Below, in pieces: positions 30,767 through 36,681 of a stretch of 36,681 bases of DNA (position 1 is the stretch's first letter; the number at the start of each line of letters is the position of its first letter). Below the pieces are notes generated by a model, which was not told the DNA's origin, searched no databases, and was given only the letters and a program-made list of their open reading frames with translations. Source of the DNA: a virus; the IMG/VR virus record IMGVR_UViG_3300038321_000136, positions 1-36,681 of that record; one strand, 5' to 3'. The position numbers and the translations under genes are program-made.

Positions 30767-32358
30767 GCCGCCGCCTCCCGAAGGTATGCTTCCAGTTTCC
30801 CGAGCGCCCGGGCGAGCGCGGCCTCGCTGTCCGCTGGCGGCTGCTCCCCCTGCGGGAACCACTCGTCGACGAGGTCCTGCGCGTTCGGGTCCCCGAGCGC
30901 ATCGAGGAGGAGTTTCGTCAGGTGCCGGACCGGGATCGTGCCGGCGACCGGGGCGCCCTTGAGCGTGCCAGCGTGGACAATAGCATCGACCATCTCAAGG
31001 AGGTCGTGCTGCAGGATCGGCGGGAACCGGACCTCGACTATGCGATTCATCGGCTCCCCAGTCTCCGGGTCCTTGCCGAGGGTCACGATCCGGTCGCCGT
31101 CATCGTCGATCTCGATCGTCGCGCCTGCACGGAGCGGCCCGGACGGAGCCATCGCCGCCATATCGATGACATAGCCGAGGAGGTTGCCGAGGACCGAGGA
31201 CCAGAGGGATTGCCGGGCGGTGAACTGGAGTTCCATCGGTCGCTCCATGCTCTTCGCCGTTGCCAGGTTGCCGGTCGAGGGGTCTCCGGTGAGGTAGGGC
31301 TCGTTGATCCCGGTCGCCGAGCAGACCATCAGCATGAGCCGGCGGGCGTCGTCCATGCTCGTAGTGATGCCACTCGTTTTGATCGGTTCCAGTTTCGTGC
31401 CGGGCGTCGAGGCCAAGATGCCGCCGACCTGCCCGCCGCCCTGTGCCCGGGCCTCAGCGAGGTTCTGCTGCAGGCTCGGGAGCATCTCTTGGAGTTTGGA
31501 GACGGCGCCGGTGACGGCCTTCTTGTTCGCGCCAGTGAGCTGCATCGCGAATTTCGAGAGAGCGTCGGTGATCGTGACCCACTTCTCCAAAAACACCTTG
31601 TAGGCGTTCGCCCAGTCGCAGGCGGCGTAAACTTCCGAGACGCCGAACTGCATGTCGTTGAGGCGGTTGACGCTGACGTGATAGATCGCGGCGTCCTTGA
31701 CGGGGATACCGGCAATGTGCGACGGGTGGCCTGTGCTCGGGTTGTAGCGCCAGTCGGGGTAGTAGGCTTTGTGCTGCGTGACCTCGCCGAACCCGGTCGA
31801 GGGGTTGAGCGTCGATGTGGACCAGACGCGGAGGTAGTACCGCGGGTCCTGGGCGTCCTCAGGGTTGGCGATGATGGCGGCGATCTCGTCGAACGGGACG
31901 GTCCGGATCTTGAGGTGCCCGGTGCTCGGGTTCGTGAAGAGCGCAAAGAACAGGTTGCCGAAGAGTTGCAGTTCCGTCTCCAGCCGCATCAGGGCCTCGA
32001 CGTCGCCGAGGACTGTGCGGTTGGTCGGGTCGGTGAGGACCCGCTGCACGACAGCGTCGACCGTCGGGTGCACGGCCCGCAGGGTTGCCCCCTGCCCCCA
32101 CACGTAGAGACACTGGACGGCGACGGCCCGCTTGATCAACGGGTTCTTGAGCCACCGGAGCCGGACCATCTTCGAGAGCGCCCGGAGCCCCTCGCGGGAG
32201 AAGTCGCGGTTGTTATCTCCGAGCCGCTGCCACCCCTGCTCGTTGAGCTGGTCCTCCAGGACGGCGAGCCGCTCGGTCAGGAGTTCGTAGTGATCGAGGA
32301 CTGCGACGACCTGCTCGGCGAACCGCTGCAGGTCCTGCGGAGCGGCGGCGCTGCTCAT
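30763..32358 (-). CDS. Portal protein (531 aa).
   Basis: Assigned by size and by position between the terminase and the Mu-F-like gene. ATG at 32358 is preceded by GGAGGGT. Confidence 0.8.
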   Translation of the reverse strand: MSSAAAPQDLQRFAEQVVAVLDHYELLTERLAVLEDQLNEQGWQRLGDNNRDFSREGLRALSKMVRLRWLKNPLIKRAVAVQCLYVWGQGATLRAVHPTVDAVVQRVLTDPTNRTVLGDVEALMRLETELQLFGNLFFALFTNPSTGHLKIRTVPFDEIAAIIANPEDAQDPRYYLRVWSTSTLNPSTGFGEVTQHKAYYPDWRYNPSTGHPSHIAGIPVKDAAIYHVSVNRLNDMQFGVSEVYAACDWANAYKVFLEKWVTITDALSKFAMQLTGANKKAVTGAVSKLQEMLPSLQQNLAEARAQGGGQVGGILASTPGTKLEPIKTSGITTSMDDARRLMLMVCSATGINEPYLTGDPSTGNLATAKSMERPMELQFTARQSLWSSVLGNLLGYVIDMAAMAPSGPLRAGATIEIDDDGDRIVTLGKDPETGEPMNRIVEVRFPPILQHDLLEMVDAIVHAGTLKGAPVAGTIPVRHLTKLLLDALGDPNAQDLVDEWFPQGEQPPADSEAALARALGKLEAYLREAAA

Positions 32359-32375
32359 ACGTGACCCTCCAAAAA

Positions 32376-32447
32376 GCCGCCGGAGGGACTCGAACCCTCT
32401 GCCTCCGGATTACAGATCCGGCGCGCTGCCGGTAGCGCCTCGGCGGC
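32376..32447 (-). tRNA. tRNA-like gene with nominal anticodon UGU (Thr). It has non-canonical C33 and A8/U14.
   Basis: The reverse complement folds as a cloverleaf. The acceptor stem is GCCGCCG/CGGCGGC. The D stem is GCGC/GCGC with loop UACCGGCA. The anticodon stem is CCGGA/UCCGG with loop UCUGUAA. The variable loop is 5 nt. The T stem is GAGGG/CCCUC with loop UUCGAGU. No CCA is encoded, and a T5 run follows. Confidence 0.7.
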
Positions 32448-32455
32448 GGTTGTGC

Positions 32456-32704
32456 TCATGCCTTGGGCTCCGCCTGCACGAGCGCGAGCCAGTTGGTCCC
32501 GGCGGCGACGATCTGCCGGACCTCCTCCTCAGTGACCCGACCGTCGGCGATCGCGTCGCAAACGACATCAACGACCGCCCGGGTCGCGTGGGCGGTCCGG
32601 ATTGCTCGCCGGCCCCATTCCCGGCCTGCGAGCGCGGAGAGGGCAGCAGTCCCGGCGATCGCGGCGACGGGGATGAGGAGGTCGAGGGGGAGTGCCTCAA
32701 TCAT
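32456..32704 (-). CDS. Small membrane protein (82 aa).
   Basis: ATGA overlap. Translation begins MIEALPLDLLIPVAAIAGTAALSALAG.... Confidence 0.55.
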   Translation of the reverse strand: MIEALPLDLLIPVAAIAGTAALSALAGREWGRRAIRTAHATRAVVDVVCDAIADGRVTEEEVRQIVAAGTNWLALVQAEPKA

Positions 32705-32979
32705 TCGCCCCTCCCGGACCCGACGACCTGCCCGTCGCGGATCACGTAATACCCGCCCGGATACCGGAGGGTGAAGGAGGTTGCGCCGGCGGCCTCGTAC
32801 TGCTCGATCTGCTCGACAAGCGATGCCTGGATCTTCTTGGTGTGGCCGTCGAGGACAAAGGAGCGGACGGCCGGAGAGATCGGACGCGGGCCGGGCGAGG
32901 TGCTCGGGGGCGTGGACCGGGAGAAGAGCGCGCGGAGGGCCTCGAAGAGACCGATTATGAAGGATATTAGTTTCGACAT
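32701..32979 (-). CDS. Small protein (92 aa) with a hydrophobic N-terminus.
   Basis: ATG at 32979 is preceded by GGAGG 9 nt upstream. The ORF-track start at 32994 is a TTG. Translation begins MSKLISFIIGLFEALRALF.... Confidence 0.55.
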   Translation of the reverse strand: MSKLISFIIGLFEALRALFSRSTPPSTSPGPRPISPAVRSFVLDGHTKKIQASLVEQIEQYEAAGATSFTLRYPGGYYVIRDGQVVGSGRGE

Positions 32980-32994
32980 GTCGTTGGCCTCCAA

Positions 32995-33088
32995 AATACC
33001 GTTGCGGAGGTTATCGTCTCCTAAAGACTTAAAGGGGCGAGAATTTTAAAATCTTAAAAAAGTAGGGGTTTTAAATAGTAGGATACTT
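32995..33088 (-). promoter_or_regulatory. AT-rich intergenic region holding T-runs and a candidate TATA promoter for the morphogenesis operon.
   Basis: The minus strand reads ...CTATTTAAAACCCCTACTTTTTTAAGATTTTAAAATTCTCG.... Apart from the four GTATATATA promoter gaps, the iteron origin and the unexplained 12276..12642 stretch, it is the only sizeable non-coding gap. Confidence 0.4.
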
Positions 33089-33106
33089 CCCAGCCATTTT
33101 GCTGGG
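33089..33106 (-). terminator. Hairpin immediately after the large terminase stop.
   Basis: CCCAGC-catttt-GCTGGG lies 3 nt after the TGA at 33110-33112 and is followed on the minus strand by T-rich runs. Confidence 0.5.
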
Positions 33107-33109
33107 ATG

Positions 33110-34588
33110 TCAGACCGGGCTGATACTCACCGGGCTGTCGTAGGTCACGACCCCTTCCTCGTCGCCTGCCGCCAGGAGTTTCCACAGTTCCACCAGGGCA
33201 GCGTGAGCGCCGGAGAGGGCGTCGACCTGGTCGTCGTGAGCGCCGTCCGGGAAATACTCTACCTCTGCGAGGAACCCTCGGTTCCACTCGCCCCGGACCA
33301 GTACCACCTTCCCGTGCTCGGCGGCGGATGAGACCGGCTTCGCTCGGGTCTGCTTGCTCCCGGTGCTCGGGATGCCGGTGACGACGTGGCCGGGCAGTTT
33401 GTCGACGAGGGAGTTGATGAGGTAAAGCGACGAGGACCCGGGCTCCTGCTCGACGAAGACCGGCACCCCTCGCCCATCGAGTTCGGCGGTGTGGATGAGG
33501 GCCTGCTCCACCGCGCCCGGGCTGTCCTGCATCCGGACCACATCGAGGACGTAGAACGTCGGCGGTTTGTAGCCGAGGAGCAGGCCGACGGTCCAGTCGG
33601 GGTCTTTGTTCTTCGAGGTTACCCGGGACCCGGCAAAGTCCCAGAACCTGACCGCGAGGAGGTCCTTCGGCGCCTGGTCGACGATCTCGAACCATTCTCG
33701 CCGGAAATACATCCCGGCGACCGGGCGGATCTTCCAGTTGCCGTTGAGCAACCGCTCGCGCTCGACGCGGTCCAGCGCCATGAGTTTGCCGCGGTAGGCC
33801 GGGTCTCTGCTCGTCAGTGCCGGGTTGTCTTCGAGTTTTGCTGGGATGAACGTGACCGACATCGGGAGCGAGTCGGGGTAGCGCTCCAGGAGTTCGTCAC
33901 GGGTGTCTGCCCAGATCAGATCGTCGCCGAACTGCACGAACCAGCGGAGGACGCCGGCCCGCTCAGGGACAGGGAACCCCGTGTCCTGGTCAATCCACCA
34001 GGCGATGAACTCCGCGACCCAGGAGTCAGCGTCGGGGTTCGTCGTTGCCATGATCCGAGGCCTGACCCCACAAGTGGACCGGTTGCGGCTGAACATGTAC
34101 GAGAACTGCCGCCAGGTGAAGTGCGTCAGTTCGTCGAACCCGATCAGACAGATCTGCGAGCCCTGCCAGTCGAGGCGGTTGCGCTCGTACTCCATATGGG
34201 CGAAGGAGACGGTGGCGCCGGCGGGGAACCGCCATTCAAGTTGCTGTTCCCGGGGCGTGGCGCCAAGCGCGGGATAGATCTCGGCACTGTCATCCCAGAG
34301 GCCGCCCTCGGCCCGCACCTGCACGGTGGTCCGGCGGAAGATGACCGCACCAAACCCGGGGACGTGCGACCACTGGAGCGGGGCGAGGAGGAGGCCGAAG
34401 GATTTCCCGCCGCCGGCCGCCCCGCCATAAATGGTGATATCGGCCTCGGATGCGAGGAAGTCGGTTTGTGGCCCGGGCTGCGGGCGGAGGCCGAGCCGGT
34501 CCCAGAGAGATTCCCGCGCATACACGGGGTCGATGTCGCGGAGAAGGTTCTCCGTCCACTCGTCGATAAGAGAAGAGGGGTCAGGCAT
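33110..34588 (-). CDS. terL: Terminase large subunit.
   Basis: Walker A is IYGGAAGGGKSF and Walker B is ICLIGFDELTHF. The C-terminal nuclease-like half includes ...EQEPGSSS...FPDGAHDDQVDAL. Confidence 0.92.
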   Translation of the reverse strand: MPDPSSLIDEWTENLLRDIDPVYARESLWDRLGLRPQPGPQTDFLASEADITIYGGAAGGGKSFGLLLAPLQWSHVPGFGAVIFRRTTVQVRAEGGLWDDSAEIYPALGATPREQQLEWRFPAGATVSFAHMEYERNRLDWQGSQICLIGFDELTHFTWRQFSYMFSRNRSTCGVRPRIMATTNPDADSWVAEFIAWWIDQDTGFPVPERAGVLRWFVQFGDDLIWADTRDELLERYPDSLPMSVTFIPAKLEDNPALTSRDPAYRGKLMALDRVERERLLNGNWKIRPVAGMYFRREWFEIVDQAPKDLLAVRFWDFAGSRVTSKNKDPDWTVGLLLGYKPPTFYVLDVVRMQDSPGAVEQALIHTAELDGRGVPVFVEQEPGSSSLYLINSLVDKLPGHVVTGIPSTGSKQTRAKPVSSAAEHGKVVLVRGEWNRGFLAEVEYFPDGAHDDQVDALSGAHAALVELWKLLAAGDEEGVVTYDSPVSISPV

Positions 34589-35780
34589 CGACCTTCTCCG
34601 CCTTCTGCTCGGTGAGCTTCTCCCACCGATCGATGATCACCTGACAATACTGCGGGCTGATCTCCATGCCGTAACAGGTGCGCCCGAGCTGCTCGCAGGC
34701 GATGAGCGTGGTGCCGGAGCCGAGGAATGGGTCGAGGACGATGTCTTCACCTTTGGTGCTGTTCTGTACTGCCAATGTGACCAGCGCCACGGGTTTCATC
34801 GTCGGGTGTTCTCTGCTCGCAGACGGGCGGTCAACCCTCCAGATCGTGGTGAGGTTTCGCCCCCCATAGAAGAGATGTGAGCCCGGTTTCCACCCATAGA
34901 GGATCGGTTCGTGCTGCCACTGGTAGTCCTGGCGCCCTATCACGAAGTGTTGTTTCTCCCATATGATGCACTGTTTGAGGAGCCCCCCTGCGTCGGCGAA
35001 TGCCCCTCGGAAGTTGTATCCTTCGGAGTCCGCGTGGCATACATATGCCGTCGCGCCGGGCTTGGCACATTCAATCGCGCGCGAGAACGCCTCGGTCAAG
35101 AACGCCCGGAACGCATCGCCATCCATTTTATCGTTCTGTATCTTGAGTGCGTCCGCCGTCTTCCCGACATAGTCGACATTGTAGGGCGGATCGGTGAACA
35201 TCATATCCGCCTTCTTCCCACCCATCAGCCTCGCCACGTCCTCCGCGCTCGTCGAGTCACCGCAGAGCAGCCGGTGCCGCCCGAGCCGGAAGAGGTCGCC
35301 GCGCTGGATGCTAGTCTCGATCTCGACCGGCGGCTCGTAGTCGTCCTCCGCCGCCTCCAGTTTCTCTGGGAGGCGCATCTCGGCGAGGGCGTCGGTATCG
35401 AACCCGGTCAACTCCGCATCAAACCCGACCTCGTCCAGGCTCGCCAGCTCTCCGGCGAGGAGTTCGAGGTCCCACTCTGCCAGCTCCCCGAGCTTGTTGT
35501 CGGCGATGCGGTAGGCTCGCTTCTCGGCTTCGGTCCAGCCGAAGACCTGCTTCACTTCCGGGCAGGTCGTCCACCCGAGCGACAGCATCGCCTTCAGGGT
35601 CGTGTGGCCGGCGAGAAGCTCCATGTTCTCGTCGACGAGGACGGACACCTTGGCGTAGGTGTATTCTTTGAGCGATGCTGCGACCTTTGGGACCGCTTCG
35701 TCGTTCTTACGCGGGTTGTCCTCGTAGGGTTTCAGGTCGTCGAGCGGTACGTTTGTGAGGATCTTGCTAGATTTCGTCAT
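34581..35780 (-). CDS. ParB-like nuclease domain fused to a beta-class N6/N4 DNA methyltransferase.
   Basis: Internal ATG at 35780 forms an ATGA overlap. The N-terminus LKPYEDNPRKND...ELLAGHTTLKA is ParB-like. MFTDPPYNVDY, REHPTMKPVAL and LDPFLGSGTTLIACEQLGR are methyltransferase motifs in the order IV then I. Confidence 0.88.
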   Translation of the reverse strand: MTKSSKILTNVPLDDLKPYEDNPRKNDEAVPKVAASLKEYTYAKVSVLVDENMELLAGHTTLKAMLSLGWTTCPEVKQVFGWTEAEKRAYRIADNKLGELAEWDLELLAGELASLDEVGFDAELTGFDTDALAEMRLPEKLEAAEDDYEPPVEIETSIQRGDLFRLGRHRLLCGDSTSAEDVARLMGGKKADMMFTDPPYNVDYVGKTADALKIQNDKMDGDAFRAFLTEAFSRAIECAKPGATAYVCHADSEGYNFRGAFADAGGLLKQCIIWEKQHFVIGRQDYQWQHEPILYGWKPGSHLFYGGRNLTTIWRVDRPSASREHPTMKPVALVTLAVQNSTKGEDIVLDPFLGSGTTLIACEQLGRTCYGMEISPQYCQVIIDRWEKLTEQKAEKVDA

Positions 35781-36334
35781 GCGTCTATCGCCTTCTGCTT
35801 GCGCCCCTTGAGCCGCTCCGCGACCTGTGCCCGACATGCAGGGCAGAGGTCGCCGAGGACCAGGGCGCGGATTTCGTTCAGCTGCGTTTCTATGAGGGTG
35901 ATGTTGATCACGGGGTTCGCGGCGAGTTCGCCCTGTACCTCCAGGAGGAGCTTGGCCGTCTCCCTGGCCTCGCGGACAGCGCGGAGCTTGGTGCCCTCAT
36001 CGCCGACCTGCGCGTCTTTGACCATCCGCAGGCACTCGGCGAGGAGCCCCTCGACGATCCGGAGGAGTCGGTCAGCGTCCGCGACCTCACGGCGCTCCTT
36101 TTCCTCAACTACACTTGCTATTTCTCCAGCCCGCTTTATCTCCTTCTTGCGGGCGGCTTTGACGATTTGCTCTGCGATATGGCCGTTTCTTTTGTGACGG
36201 CCCACGGCCTCCCTTGACACACCGTACTGACCCGCAATGGCACGATACGACTTACCTGCCATGACCGCCTTCTCGATCTCTACTCGTTGCGGGTGATTGC
36301 AGATCGTGCACTGGGCCCCGGGAGTCCTATCCAT
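35777..36334 (-). CDS. Terminase small subunit (HTH plus coiled coil), putative.
   Basis: CTICNHPQRVEIEKAVMAGKSYRAIAGQYGVSREAVGRHKRNGH is an HTH pattern common in phage small terminases. It lies upstream of terL. Confidence 0.6.
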   Translation of the reverse strand: MDRTPGAQCTICNHPQRVEIEKAVMAGKSYRAIAGQYGVSREAVGRHKRNGHIAEQIVKAARKKEIKRAGEIASVVEEKERREVADADRLLRIVEGLLAECLRMVKDAQVGDEGTKLRAVREARETAKLLLEVQGELAANPVINITLIETQLNEIRALVLGDLCPACRAQVAERLKGRKQKAIDA

Positions 36335-36497
36335 CGGCGTCCCCCTCCGGCTGAGGCTTGAGATCGTCCCACCCTTCCTTCTCAGCGAGAGCGTCGAGCG
36401 CCTTCTCCGCGACTACGTCGAGGCTCTTGGCCCGGAGCCGGTGCTTCATCAGCCAGGCACGGGTGTGCTGTTTTTTGGAGACGGGGATGCCCTTCAC
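36327..36497 (-). CDS. Possible small ORF (56 aa from the GTG, or 40 aa from an internal ATG).
   Basis: GTG at 36497 forms a GTGA overlap with the upstream stop. Its TAG overlaps the small-terminase ATG. Translation is MKGIPVSKKQHTRAWLMKHRLRAKSLDVVAEKALDALAEKEGWDD.... Confidence 0.3.
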   Translation of the reverse strand: MKGIPVSKKQHTRAWLMKHRLRAKSLDVVAEKALDALAEKEGWDDLKPQPEGDADG

Positions 36498-36681
36498 GCC
36501 AGGGCCTCCTCTGCCAGGGCGTCGTAGACCTGCAACGCGGGTGCCGGCATCGGCCGGATCTCCTCAGCGATGTAGCGGTAGACGGGCATCCCGAGGCTCC
36601 GGGCGAGGCGATACTCCTGCAGTGCCCCCCGAGACTTGGTCCACGACCCGACCATGCAGATCGCATCGGACCGGCGGAGGA
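36494..36681 (-). CDS. C-terminal part of the junction-spanning DUF4406-like gene (the same gene as 1..325).
   Basis: The frame from 1..325 continues through the repeat as ...ARSLGMPVYRYIAEEIRPMPAPALQVYDALAEEALA and ends at the TGA at 36494-36496. Confidence 0.7.
   Translation of the reverse strand, partial: LRRSDAICMVGSWTKSRGALQEYRLARSLGMPVYRYIAEEIRPMPAPALQVYDALAEEALA
36583..36681. repeat. Terminal direct repeat, copy B (identical to 1..99).
   Basis: Same 99-nt string as the window start. A reading frame runs continuously across the implied junction. Confidence 0.95.

Noticed and set aside
32376-32447. The tRNA as an attP site of an integrative provirus.
   Set aside because: The tRNA is full-length and not a 3' fragment. 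No integrase catalytic domain is encoded, and the window closes on itself as a circle with no flanking host genes. The idea is kept only as a low-probability alternative in the tRNA finding.

Overview
The window is a complete, circularly closed genome of about 36.58 kb from a tailed dsDNA virus. The first 99 bases are identical to the last 99. It is GC-rich by eye and extremely gene-dense. Apart from one 33-codon gene, every gene I accept lies on the minus strand. Most neighbouring genes are joined by ATGA, GTGA or TGATG stop/start overlaps, and I used these overlaps to trim the over-long N-termini in the ORF track. In minus-strand transcription order there are four modules. (1) Packaging, 36334->33110: small terminase, a ParB-domain/DNA-methyltransferase fusion and large terminase, ending at a hairpin plus T-runs. 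(2) Morphogenesis, 32979->15122: two small membrane proteins, a tRNA-like gene, portal, Mu-F-like protein, scaffold, DUF2190-like decoration protein, major capsid protein, head-tail connectors, major tail protein, chaperones with a -1 frameshift, tape measure, Dit and several fibre/baseplate proteins. (3) An accessory/regulatory island of unknown function, 15015->12643, driven by repeated AT-rich TATA promoters. (4) Early/replication module, 12210->1, continuing across the circle junction to 36494: RHH regulator, Bet/RecT-type annealing protein, a second ParB-methyltransferase fusion, two PD-(D/E)XK nucleases, two DUF4406-like paralogues, a large PrimPol replication protein and an iteron-type origin. 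An archaeal host, possibly a methanogen or other euryarchaeon, is suggested by GTATATATA boxes about 27-45 bp upstream of start codons, GGAGGTGA-type ribosome-binding sites, the PrimPol with an HGS...W-C-x-x-H module and the DUF2080-like miniproteins. This host assignment is inference only. No integrase catalytic domain, CRISPR array or reverse transcriptase was seen. All family names come from motif recognition by eye and need an HMM or structure search to confirm.
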